A stretch of 63,177 nucleotides of DNA, filler included, from Choristocarpus tenellus KU-1152 (taxonomy: Eukaryota > Protista > Phaeophyceae), in assembly GCA_964200185.2 (NCBI GenBank). It is 13 parts of 13 records of this genome, joined end to end, with 100 filler letters (N's around TTAATTAATTAA, not from the genome) between each part and the next. Parts side by side here need not be neighbours in the genome. Positions count along the whole stretch, not along the records: positions 13,889 to 17,308 come from CAXNAD020020161.1; positions 17,409 to 24,009 come from CAXNAD020007778.1; positions 24,110 to 29,088 come from CAXNAD020012296.1; 10 more parts are not named here. One strand, 5' to 3'. The notes below the pieces were generated by a model. That model was not told the origin of the DNA and did no database searches. It saw only the letters and a program-made list of their open reading frames with translations. Below are positions 14,100-26,768 of the stretch, piece by piece. A program made the translations under genes and the position numbers. Numbering within the stretch: position 1 is the stretch's first letter; every line of letters begins with the position of its first letter.

Positions 14100-17000
14100 T
14101 TGTGGCTGATAAAATTGTAATGGATGGGGAGCAATAATAATAAAAAGAGCTGACCCTAACCGAAATTCAAGGATTCCAAAACGTTTCAGAAATGAATTTC
14201 ATCATCTTCAAAGTTATGGACAACGTGATATAGACTTTTGGCAAGGAATTAGTACAAATATATTGTGTTCTTGGTTGTGTAGAGTAGCTTTGCAGAAAGA
14301 GTCGAGATGTTTCTCAATATGCCGAGGCATCTGCTCTGTTACATAAATAATGGGAAAACAAAAGGAATAAAAAAAAGTCCCCGCGTATCCTGATATACTC
14401 TCGAAGCTTCCCTGTTTATGAAGCGAAAGAGGACAGAGCCAATGAGTCATAGGGGCTATCAATTGTAGTCAACACATAACTAAAGAGCACGAACGAATGG
14501 TTTTAGCAAGATTATTATCACATCAACATCCCTCAAGTCTTCTTGATTCAGTGCTTGTATGAACGGAACACGAATAGAGAATCATAACTTATGTTCTACC
14601 ACACATCATATTCTCCTCAAAGCACCAATCACTAAAAACCACGGCAACAGAATGATGTCTATCAACCTCATAAGTCTACTGGGCACACACACCTGCAACA
14701 CACAACAAAAATCATGCCTCATTTGAATAGGTCTTTTGAACAAAGACATGTAACATTGAAAAAATCATTTCTTTCAAGGTACAAAATGGACGATTCAAAT
14801 TGGAAGACATTTCACACTAGCTTTCAATAAATGGCTGACATAATAAGAGCCTTCGTGAGCAGTACTGTAATACTCTCTCTCTAACAAGATCAGAAAAAAA
14901 CAAAATAAACAAGAATTGAAAACAATCAACCGAAACCATTGGATACCAAAGAGGAAAAGGAAACAGAACTACAACCAAAATATAGATGATGTATCAATAC
15001 ATATGGTGTGGTCTAAACTCTCTATTTTCTCAGCCAATGTGTTGAGAAGATATCTTGTGTTTTGAAAACCCTTACGTATATCTCATCATGGGGCTAATCT
15101 TTACCAATAGTACCCAGCTCTGAAAGAATTCGTAACAAGAGTATATCATGCTTGAGAACGACTCTAAGAATATAAATACCTCGTACAGCCTTTGGAGACA
15201 AGAGGTGTTGTGTGTACAAAATACGGATATTTTCTTGTACCGAACGTTTTGCCAGTCGCCTTACGTGTCTTGAATTATATATTTGGAGGGAGTGCAGAGA
15301 AGAGAGATATTGCAACAGTGAACGGTTCATCCTTCCTCCATTGGGAAATTAGAAACTTTCGCAAGCTCCGTTCTCACCCAGGAACAACCCGCATGATAAA
15401 CTCTTGCTGGACGAGGCTTAGTTCTCATATAGATTGGGAGACGTGCAAAGTTGGAGATGGAGGACTGTGATGGCTGCACAGTACACCCATAAAATATGGA
15501 CAAGTGAAAAAAAAAAATCTTGTTTGTTCTTCATCAGGGCTGTAAAAAGGTTTATTACATTAATTCCGAATGGAGGAGGTAGTTTTGGTCGAATCGCAAA
15601 ACGGAAGAGGTGGTCTAACCATCCCAAACCTGCCTCACAACCACCCCAGACATGAAGTACAGACACCAAAGCTCAGCAGAACTCTAATCACACACAGAAG
15701 TAAAGACTAGGTCACCACTCATGGTCACTACTGGGCTTCCTGCAGGTGCCTCCAGAAGCTCCAGCATAAAGCAGTAATCGAAAAAAAATTCCACCCCAGT
15801 CAAGCAAAGACCTATTTTATGAGACTCGTTGAATATTTGACTTCCTTTATGCCCCAGGTTCTACAACGCAGTACTACTATAGCCATGAAAATACAAAAAA
15901 ACGGCATGAGCGCTAGAGGATTTAGGTCCTTGTCCTAAACAATCATCCCGAACGCATTTGCTCACTGGATGCAAAGGGCATACTACTTTGTTCACCCAAG
16001 AGTTTGTCCCATAAAGTCAGAGTGTCACGGAGTAAAATCAACTGAGAGGTAGGCAAGGTTGCATAAAAAGGATCCTGAGAAGGCCAAAGAGATGCCATTC
16101 TGAACAATTGCAGAAAGAGTCTATGCTGAATTGTGGTGTCACTTCTTTTGTTTAAAGGGGGAATACCAATTTTGTGTACACTATTGTACACATAAAGAAG
16201 TTAAATAGAGTATTGCACAGGGTGAGAAAAATGGCTTTAAAATGCAAAAGGTCCAAACCTATTTACCTCTCAACTGGTTTGACTCTCCGTAGTAGGATAG
16301 ATGTTCGGAAGTCTTAGGCAGTGTGACTGCTAGATATTATGGTCATTTCGGTCTAACCAAAGACCCCCCAAGCCAAGAAAAAATGAAACAATTTGAACTC
16401 CTTTCGGAAAAGATACGGTACAGTAGAAAACATAGCGTAAAATAACCCTTTTGGCTGAATGAATAGTATAGCCCCTACTTGTAGTTACAATTAGCCAACA
16501 GGGAGCACTTGACCTGCAACCTCCTACAACTCACAATGTTGACATAAGTTCACAATACGCCATTCAAGGGTGGTGGTACATATGTGAACTTGGAAGGTGC
16601 CAAGTAAGTTCACTCCTTAAGCAAAAAAGTAAAAACGTTTTCTCTCTCTCGGACCTGATTCGAAAATTCCCTCAGAAGAAATCCATCTGCCATGATAGAA
16701 GCCTTCCATACATTGCAACTATCTCCTGCATTGATACAGAGAATTCTCTCTCAACTCTTCAGAGGGAAACAAATCCCCTCCTGTTGCACGAGATCATTTT
16801 GCATTGGGAACAGAGGGCCTCGCAGTGCCACAAACAATTAAGGAGATAAATATATAAACAAGCAAGGTATATCCCAATGAGATGGCAGAGGTGTCAAAAT
16901 GTTTGAGCCAATAGAGTGAATTAAACCTGTACTAACCCTTAATCCCTTCATCTTATGACCATCTTACATACACAAAAAATGAAGTAAAAAATGAAGACAC

Positions 17001-17200
17001 TGTCTTGTCCGAAAGAACACAAAACCGGGAACCCAAACCGGAGGCCAGGTACACCTTGAAAGCACAAAATCATTTTCCGTTCTATTATAACAAGGCTGTT
17101 CTTGTCGCTTCTGGACAACGCAAGCCAGCACAAGAGATCCAGTTTGTTGCCCATTTTTATTGGTAAGGTCGGAAGTTCATGAGATCACACACTCCAACAA
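14100..17200 (+). mobile_element. Decayed L1/Tx1-like LINE relic
   Basis: The + strand is A-rich, with degenerate APG.., FRSLS, DAKGILL (D..KAY-like) and GLAVP motifs in order. Confidence 0.4.
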
Positions 17201-18550
17201 CAATCTCCGCAGCAATGAGCACAATGATTGTCCACTCTAACATGGTGCTGTCACAGAGGTACATTCACATGTACATGTACCAGGGGGGGAGGGGGAAGGG
17301 GAGATCGGNNNNNNNNNNNNNNNNNNNNNNNNNNNNNNNNNNNNNNNNNNNNTTAATTAATTAANNNNNNNNNNNNNNNNNNNNNNNNNNNNNNNNNNNN
17401 NNNNNNNNACATAAGTTCAAGGTTTGTTCTCAAAGCTATTATTGAAGAACTTCTTTAGGATAGGTGCAGGCCAGGACCTGGTCTGTCTTGGGTCCTCAAC
17501 ATTGAGGTACCTCTTCCATTTTTTTTTTTATGGGAGTTTTTATTTTTCATTTCCAAAGGTCTTGTAGAGGTTTTTTTTTTGTAGTGTTTGTAGTATTTAT
17601 CTTGGCCGTGTAATCTTCACATTTTGTGGAGAAGTTTTACGGTAATATTAGCTCTTCTATGTAGTACATAATTTACTAGGGATTATCTTTTTTCTTTTTT
17701 TTCTTGATATATTTTTGAATGTGATGCAATCTTTTTATATATGGTACAAGTGGTTGCTTCAATATCAGTGAGGCATTTATGATGTTGGTGGTGACGGGTA
17801 AATATTGGTTTCAGTTTAGTTAAACATTTATGATGTTGGGGATACGGTATGAATAAGAACAAACAGTTGATGTGTAATGTTTGAAATTGTGACACCATTT
17901 TGGTGTAACTACGTAATGCTATACAGTAGTGTTGACTTGTGTTCCTTTTTTTTTGAAGAGTTCCCTTAAATTTTGGATATCTCAGCTGCCTGCTTCGCTG
18001 TATTCTTCCATTTGGTACAGTGGGGTATGTGCAGTGCATTACCCCTCTTCCCCATTTTTATTTTTTTTTGTACTCAAGTATGGAGTGGAGTACATATACT
18101 ATATATATTCAAAAGTCAAAATTAAGTGACTGGGGTTTGTGTAGTGTAATCCGATCTTGAAGAGGCTTGAGGCATGTTGGTGTATTTATTCCTGTTTTCT
18201 TTTGTTTATCTAAGTGTGAAATACCTCTCAATTGTGATGTCTTTGCGACTGAGAGGATCACTAGTTATTAATTACAGCTTTATTAGCTTTTTTTAGCACG
18301 ATATTTTAGTGCCAGTAGAAGCCTTACATTATAATAGTGTGGTAATGGCTTGTTCTAGTTTATGATTGCCTAAGACTGTAGGTTCTGGTTACCTTGCACC
18401 ATCTCATCTTAGTTCACAGTATCATGCTTGTTGGTCCTGGTGTGCCTCACATGATCTTACCCTTGTCACCCATGTTTCCTTATAGTTAAATGGCAAGTAA
18501 TATGACATTACCATCTCGCCTTATCTTTTCTGACCCTTGTGCCTTGCAGT

Positions 18551-21500
18551 TGTCTCAATACTACCACAGGACTGGCAAATGGGATAATATGGAGAGATCC
18601 AACCTGTGGTCATTGAGGCTTGGTCAAGTAGAATCTGCTGCTAAGAGTATTGTTCATCGACTTGAGGAGGTGGGTCAAGTCCCGACCGTAAACGATTCTC
18701 AAAGTGCCTTTGAAGTATCAATAATGGACAGATGTTATGGTGTTGGAGACAACTCTTCTTCCATTACTATTAGGAAAGTGACACCTTGTCTTGGACATGT
18801 GTTTGAAGTGGGCATCCAACTCCTTCGTTACCTGATATTGATGTGTATCCATCTTGTTTGCTACCTAATGCTGATGTGTAAGTATTGTTGACCAATGTGG
18901 TGCATCACTTTTCCTCTCTACCTGCCAGGAGGAAGGACCAGTGTCAGGTGCTAGGACTACCACCTCTACCATGAGTGCAGAGGATTGGCAGCATGTTGAC
19001 AACATGATTGGAAAAGGTGCCTTTGGAGAGGTATGGTACATGGATGTCGATACAGAGGAGTTGGATAGAGAACTCTGAAATTTGGGGCAACTCTGACGGA
19101 GACTGATGATATGTCTAATTACAAGGCATAATCCACGCCCGTCTCAGGTGTATCTTGTAGACCACTGTGGTGTTAATGCTGCTGCAAAGGTCATCAATGT
19201 GCCTTGGACTGGTGATCACGAGTTGCACAAACAGCAGCAGGTCATAGCTAAGGAGTGCAGTACCATTAAAAATTTGCAGGGATCAGAACATGTGGTTACC
19301 CTTCTTGATGATACTGTGCATGATAAAAAACAGGTGAGGAGTGTATGGTGTGGTTGCTGATCTTGCTAGGTAAACAATGACATTTTTAGGGAGTTTCTTT
19401 TGAATGTCAAACGTTCATCAGCACGAGTCTTGTTTTCTAACCTATCCTTAATTCTTCACTTTGGTTCATATGCTCTTAGGTATTTTCCTTTGCGTAAAAC
19501 TATGGAACTAACAAGAGTTGAATAAAAATGAATTGAGAATTTCTCACAATTACCTGCCTTCCTATCGTTGTCAATGGTAGTTCATCGTGTTCACAAAGTT
19601 CTTACCAGGTGGAGACTTGAGGACTTCATTGAATGTGGCTAAGGAAGCTGGGTTCATGGAAGAAAAACTGCAGAAAAGTGTGATCATGGATGTTGTGGCT
19701 GGCATGAAACACATACATGCCAATCATGTCATACATGGAGATCTCAAGTCTCCGAACGTAATGATGGATAGTCATGGTAGGGCCAAGGTGAGTGCCAAAG
19801 CGAATGCCTGAATGTAAAATATATTGATTTCCTACGTGGATGATGAGATAGGAGCATGGCCATGTTGGAGTATTGTTTATTATTGCAAACATGGCATTTC
19901 TTATTCTTGATATTTACAGAGAACAATAGAACATTAGAAGCTCGGAAGAAGGGGCTCTGAATGTGTACAGCTGTAGATAGAGAATTATCATACAACCAGG
20001 ACATGGAAATACCCTTTTCTAGATGAGGTATGAGTGCTACACAAAATCGAAGCATTTGTATGCTATTGTGTATTGGAGTAGGTGGATGTACTTGATAGTG
20101 TATCTGTTCTGTCTATATCTACTGTTATTGGTGTCCTCTCCAAAACACTGGAGACTTTTCACGGGCTGGTCTTGAAAGATAAAAGTGAAGACATATCTCA
20201 TGCAACAAATATATTCATTTTGTATTTTTGGGGGTAGAGGCATGTAAATAAGAACATATCGCATCAAACCTCAATTAATGAACCTTCATTGTTTTCTGTC
20301 TTGTTGATTTCTGGTATTGGTTATCCACATAGTATATATAGCACTCACACGCATTCTAAAAATGTTTTTTTCCATGTCGTAAGTGTATGACAAAAATTCT
20401 TTTTGTAAACCTGGACACATTCAGAGTCCCTTGATTTGAGGTTGCAATCATTATGGAACCCGTACCAAACCAAGAACACCTTTGTGCTTAATAAACCTTC
20501 AATATTGATAACCACAGCACCTTTCACGGCGTTTGCACTGTATCCTTGTCGATTTCACTCTATCGTGCACAAACCTCCCTTCATCTCATGGGACACAGGA
20601 AATATTCTGGAGCTATAGTATGCAATGCTCTATAGTGTGGCTTGGATATTTTGAATGCTGAATTTGAGGATTATCTTGATAGATGTTCTACTGTGTCCTG
20701 CTGTTGAAGCCCTCCTCCCTCCAGGCACCTCTCTGTATGTGGTGTCTGTTTTTCCTACCTTGCACTAGTATCACCTCCTCATCCATTTGTTAGATGCATG
20801 AATGACTTCTGTATTGCTGATATCTTGACACGTGTATCACAGATAGCAGATTTTGGACTCTCACGAGTGGTGACAGTCTTGACTTCAGAGAGCAGTGTTC
20901 TACACACGGCATTGGGAAGAACCGCGGCTTGGGCTGCTCCCGAAGTGTTTGAAGAGGAGAAGAGTAGCAGAGCTAGTGATGTTTACAGGTAGGAGAAGTA
21001 CTAATACAGCAATCATTATTATATTTTTTATGTTGTAAACTGAAAATTTGAAGGTGAAATTGAAATGGGTCGGAAGTTGAAGCAACCTGATTAATTTGAT
21101 ACCCAAACTAACCTGAAGGCAACAACGTAGGTAGTGAGTGTCTATGCCATAGGGGCGAATATTTGGCTTCTCTTGCATAGATGTAATATATAGACAGAAG
21201 TATAGTAGTATAGTAGTAGTTGAGGTTGACTATTGGTCCATGTTTAGCTCAGGAATCAATGAAGAAAATGTTACTATTGCCATGACATTGGCTGCACAGT
21301 GGAACTATTGGGTTATGACAATTTTGGTTAGACCTCAAGATATACAGAATTGTTGGGATATGTACGTACCAGGGCAACAATTACACCTCCTAAAAGACCT
21401 GTGTTGCCTCTAACGTCCCAGCACAATCATGCAAGAAGGAAGAAATATTGGGAAATGACTGAAAAGCCGATATTTCACTTAGATACGGTCTGGATAGTTT

Positions 21501-21841
21501 CTAAATTTGTTAAAATGAGCCCATTTTACTGTCTGTTACAGTTTGCAACACTCTTTTTCCACAATTGTGTGATGGATATCAGACCTATGGTCAAGAGATA
21601 ATATATTTTTGCCTTGTTTTGTACTGGTGAATCCAGCTTTGCTATTGTGTATTGGGAGGTGCTCACGCTTGAAGTTCCATGGAGGGGTAAACGCGGGCAT
21701 GCAATCATGCACAGTGTGTGCATTAAGAACGAGCGCCCACAGCTGCCTCCGGACACGCCTGCCAAAATCAAAAAGATCATCACCAAGTGCTGGTCTAAAG
21801 AACGAAAGAAACGACCAACTTTTGAGGAGGTGGAGAAGCAG
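18551..21841 (+). CDS. Protein kinase, TKL-like, partial; exons 18551-18669, 18929-19030, 19148-19333, 19581-19787, 20843-20988, 21637-21841
   Basis: Kinase motifs occur in order: IGKGAFGE|VY, AAAK, KE, HGDLKSPN, IADFGLSR, WAAPE, SDVY(S)|FAIVYWE, CW...RPTF. All junctions are GT-AG and in frame. Confidence 0.93.
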
Positions 21842-22859
21842 GTAAGGGTCTCACAATGTATGAAGTATAATATGCTGCACATCTCCTGTACGTCAACAGT
21901 TTTATTCATGCGTTAAATATTCTATTGAAGAAACAATCTAAGGAGAGCAGACACGATATTTGTGTTCTGGAGAATAGAAGATAAGGTTGGGTTTCAAGAA
22001 CTAGAATATGGATGAGTTCAGAAATTGGAAAGAAAGTGCAAATTAATCTGTGTTTAATTTGTTTAGTCATTCACAGAATAGAATTGATTTGGTGGCAGGG
22101 CCCCCCACCTTCGGCTTTAATGTTCACTCCTCCTTTCACCTTCCTTAGTTCATCTACAATCTGTTCTACACAGTAAGGAATTAATCGAGTCATTTACATA
22201 CACAAGTCTTGGGATCTTCAATTTCCTTAACAAGGCCTTTGTTCTGAGTAACTCAGAAAGAGCAGTAATTTTTGTTACCTTGTAGGTTGCTCCCCCCCTC
22301 TCCTGCCCTTCTCACTATGATCACATCTGCAAATATTGTTGTGTGGGACTTACATACTACTTTGGATCTCTAATGACTAACCTAGATAGAACATTGCTTC
22401 AGTGGCTACATAATCTCTTGCTTGCTTTTGTCATTTTTACTAAGTAGAGTGAATTCCTGATGTTATGTTTCTCATTGTGTTCTGCTAATATTTGTCTTAC
22501 TCTTCTTTACTGTCCCTTTGCACTTGTTACATTCCTGCTACCTTTCTTGATCTAAATCATTGCCAGCTTGCAATGCCAGATGCAGGGTGGGGATGGCTAA
22601 GTTGGTTGTTGAGATGATGCGTGTGATTGAGTTTGGAACGAACACCTGCCATATGGAAGCACAGTGCAACTTTTGCTCGAACGTTTTTGGCACAATGAGC
22701 TGCACAGGCGTTCCACTAGATTTTGCACTGTTGGGACAATTATGATCTCTTTAGTAAACCTTTGAAATTACCAAATACCAAATTCACGATGTTAGTCAAG
22801 GCAGAGACAAGTACACTAGACCGTGAGACATGTTCATGGTGTTTTCAGTGGAGGTGTCA

Positions 22860-23700
22860 TTGAAGGGAGATGAGATGTAGCAATTATGGAGGGGTGTAGG
22901 AGATTAATTCAGCAAGGAGTTCAAGGCAGGTTCAAAGAGACAACTCTTGCTTTGGCCATACACGATAATCGCACAGCCGATAAATCTCCGACATTTGAGT
23001 GTGATAGAAGTTTTTTTGAGGATGGCGAAGACGGGTTGAGATCAGTAGAAGTATCCACTGAGTTCATCTGCAAGAAACTGGGAAGGTTTCTATTCATATG
23101 TGGTAGAGCATGTGCTTGGATGGGAGGAGTGAGTGTTGTAGTTATCATCGGGTTGAGTTAGGATCACATTGGTGAGTGGTTTTGTCTTGTGTGTCTGGAG
23201 GGTAGAGAGGTCTGGTTGAATTCTTCATTACAGTGATATTTCCCTTTTTTGAATGTTGAATTGCCATCAAAGTGTCGTACAGTTAGTTTTTTAGGGCTGT
23301 AAGGATTACCTACCTTGATAAAATAGCACTTTAGGATCAAGACATAATTTTTTCTAGCTCACAATACAGAGTGCTATAGGATGATGCCTCTGAGTACAAG
23401 TGGTGAACATGCCGTTCTGCTAGAAAGATCTTCGTGGTTGGATGGTTTATTTGAAGTGGTTGAGTAGTGAGCAAAAGGATTAGTTGTAGAGAGTTCAATT
23501 GATCTTTTATTGTTAGGGTGTATTGCTTTCTTAATGATGAGCGTTACTGACCAATCAATCTCCTTGTTTCTCTATTTTTCACCACTCTGCATGCCACGTG
23601 TTCCACACACCCTTTTATTTTGTTGGATACCCCTCTTTAGAGTTTTGAAAGCCTGTTTGTTTTTATCGTTAGTGTGTATAAATTAAAGATTTAGTTACCA
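22860..23700 (+). mobile_element. Decayed Ty3/gypsy reverse transcriptase relic
   Basis: Degenerate RRLN, TEFICKKLGRF, CLVCLE (YLDD-equivalent) and VSFLG motifs occur in RT order. Confidence 0.55.
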
Positions 23701-24915
23701 AAGTACACAGTTAGGAGAAGTCATGATCCAGATCTGATAGTGTATTAGACCAAACCAAACAGGACATACTTGTGTTTCGCTGTGTTTTTTTTTAACATTC
23801 TTTGGAAAACACACAAGCAAGCAAGAATGTGCAGTAAACATTCGTTTAAATTTATAGATCACACATTAAATATATTCATTGTAGAAACACACACGGTAAA
23901 TCACTCATCAACATTGTGCATTAGACCGATACAGGGCAAACAGGGTGAAGGATGTGATGCTTTCTATCTCCAGAAAGGATCACGTCAATTTACACCTTGG
24001 GGATCTCCCNNNNNNNNNNNNNNNNNNNNNNNNNNNNNNNNNNNNNNNNNNNNTTAATTAATTAANNNNNNNNNNNNNNNNNNNNNNNNNNNNNNNNNNN
24101 NNNNNNNNNCCCTTCCATACATGTCTGAACTCTGACCCCCCCTTCACTAGCACTAAACACTAAAGTCACACATCCATGGAATCTCTACAGTGATGTTCGC
24201 TTAAGCCTCTCCCCCCTTCACTGCACCTCTCCTGCTCCTGAACCTCAAGGTTGCCTTCATTTCCACATTTTTTGTTGTTTCAAACACATCCAACGCATTT
24301 CCAACCCTAACCCTAACCCTAAGCACACCCGCGCAAGAGGAAATCAAGGGCAAGGCGAGGATAGGAGGTGCTTATCTCAGCAGGCAGCTGCTGTTGCAGA
24401 AAAAAAGGAGAAAAATATCTGAAGACAACACCCCCTGAACCAAAAAATACACCACTATTCTTCACTGCCTTCTCAGTCATACCCCACTCTTGTCCCTACC
24501 AAAGCCACCCCAACACCTTGCAACTCCTCTTAAAGTTCCGAATTACAAACAAGGACCAAGAACACCTCGGGAGCTACAGAAAAGGGGGAAGGGGGGAAAA
24601 CTTCTCAATACATTGTCGCAGAGGGATAACTAGAGCACCCACAGACGGGAGTGCTTTGCAGGTGGCAAGAGGCTACTCTTAACCTTTCACAGGAACACAA
24701 TACGGTCTCTTCACCTACAGCACTCTTCACTTCCTCGGCAGGCTCCCCCCCAAAAACCCAACCACAACACCAACTTGAAACACGTTTTCCCCGGGGGGTT
24801 TTTCTTGCAAAGTGCTACCATCACAAAGTCAACACTGTCCCCTTCCAAAACCACCCATCCATCCATCTGCCTACTTCACGCTTTATCACCATCTCGCTCT
24901 AACTCAAAAACGCAC

Positions 24916-25062
24916 CTCTAGCTTGGTGTGGGCCACATCCACAAGATTTCGGAAAGCAATAAGCTGGATGGAGTGGCATGTGGAGCAGACCTCTCGATAC
25001 ACTTGGAAACCCCTTCGGATGCTGGGTGGGGGGGGGACAGCCCCTCCCGACGGGCGGGGCCC

Positions 25063-25093
<31 letters not shown>

Positions 25094-26350
25094 AGCGTGT
25101 GATTAGTGACGCTGGGTGCAAAGCGATCAAGGTATGATGTGTAATTTTTTCTTCTTTATTATTTCAGTCGATTCATGAAAGTGCCATGTTTCTTGTTCCA
25201 GAACGTGTGCGTGTTGCACCACAGTAGGGCGGAACCCAAGGTGTTACAACTGGAAAGCAATGGGGGGCAGGAGGGTAAAGGGAAGGTGGGTGGTAGTGAA
25301 CAATGATGTAGGCATTATGACCTCTCCTGTAGTAGAATCTGGTTATCCTCGAAAAACCTCAACGTTCTTCGATAACACGGCTTCATGCATTTCGAACGTA
25401 TGAAGAATGTGGGGAATATTTCATAATGGTGTACAGCTAGCTCCAGGGGCGAATTCAGTTGCTTTGCCTGTTTTTGTGCACTACAAAAAAAATCCACTCC
25501 AGTATTGCAATGCTAAGCTACAACACCACAACTATTAAAGGAATGATGAGGTTGTCACTTCGAACCTTTGCCTGTAATTTTTTCCCTGTACACAAGCAAC
25601 CCTCGCTGCCCAAACCGATAATTACACGACATGTTATCATCAACTCCCCCCATTTTTTTTGCATCACAAGATCATCCCACTTACGCAGCGTGGTCGTGCG
25701 AGGAAAATACACCGTTGTGAGGCCAATTGTAGGTTGGGGTGTGGATCTCATCGTCGCTGCTGAAGGCCATAGTACCACCACCGGCAGCTGCAGTTGCAAC
25801 TGCCACTGTGGCTGCGGCAGCTTTCTGCATTTGGCAAAGATCATTATAGGTGATAGACATGTATGGTGGGGAATGTAAGTAAGGGCAAATGTAGTCCAAC
25901 ACAATGCCAGGTTAGGTGGACATATTCCTAACCTAGAGTGCGTTGCCTAAGGACGCAGCTCTGAACTCATATTATTTAGCCAGAAAACAAAACAATGTTT
26001 CCCAATGGAGGTAAAGAGAAAGGTAGATAACGCCCTAGATTGGGCAGAGGTTGTAACAGAGCCTTGAACGTCGCACTGACATTGTTCGAAGGCAATGGGG
26101 GGGCATGGCGAGACTATCGTGGGGGGAATAACCAAACTTCAGGTAATCCTATGATTGCGTAATATCGATGAAAACATATGCGAAAGAGATGCAACCATGG
26201 GGGCTACGTAGTTTGGGATAGTGAAGCGCTGGACAGACTGCACACGAACAGGAAACGAACAACCCTCCTTCCAACATTTCCGGACATTAGCCTCACCGTC
26301 CCCACAGCACGCGCAGTCCGCACGGCCTCGGAAGTCACCCGGGAAAACAT
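24916..26350 (-). CDS. CYC1: Mitochondrial cytochrome c1, 5' part; exons 26350-26297, 25824-25685, 25021-24916
   Basis: MFSRVTSEAVRTARAVGT|KAAAATVAVATAAAGGGTMAFSSDDEIHTPTYNWPHNGVFSSHDHAA|IRRGFQVYREVCSTCHSIQLIAFRNLVDVAHT. This gives a bipartite presequence, the heme-binding CxxCH motif and the diagnostic IRRGFQVY. Confidence 0.96.
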
Positions 26351-26768
26351 ATTCCTTGGGTGAGCGCCCCTGCCACTCTCCCTCTTCTACCTTTGCCACT
26401 TCCCTTCTAACCAACTCTTACCACTACTATTTTATTATTGACTCTGATCTGACTGTGGGGTTTGCATTTTTCAACAGCGTTTTCTCCATGCGCGCAGCCG
26501 TTGTTCGCGCGAGGGTAACTGATCCCACCTTCTACCTGCAACCCCCGCACGATCGGTTTGTACTATTTATAGTGTGCGCTGAATGTAGTGTGGATGCACT
26601 ACTCGTACTGACCTGTGTGCATACCCACTCAGGTCATGCGAAATTGATCTTCATCATCATATCGTCGAACAAAGCGAATAAAAGTGAGAATCAATCAGAT
26701 AACCTGTTACTCGGAGAAGTCTGCATTTCTCCACATCTAAGAGGGCTTTCGTCAGTTCCCTTAAAACA
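26351..26768. promoter_or_regulatory. Probable bidirectional promoter region between CYC1 and the divergent gene
   Basis: Two start codons point away from each other about 418 bp apart. The interval has no recognisable TE. Confidence 0.5.
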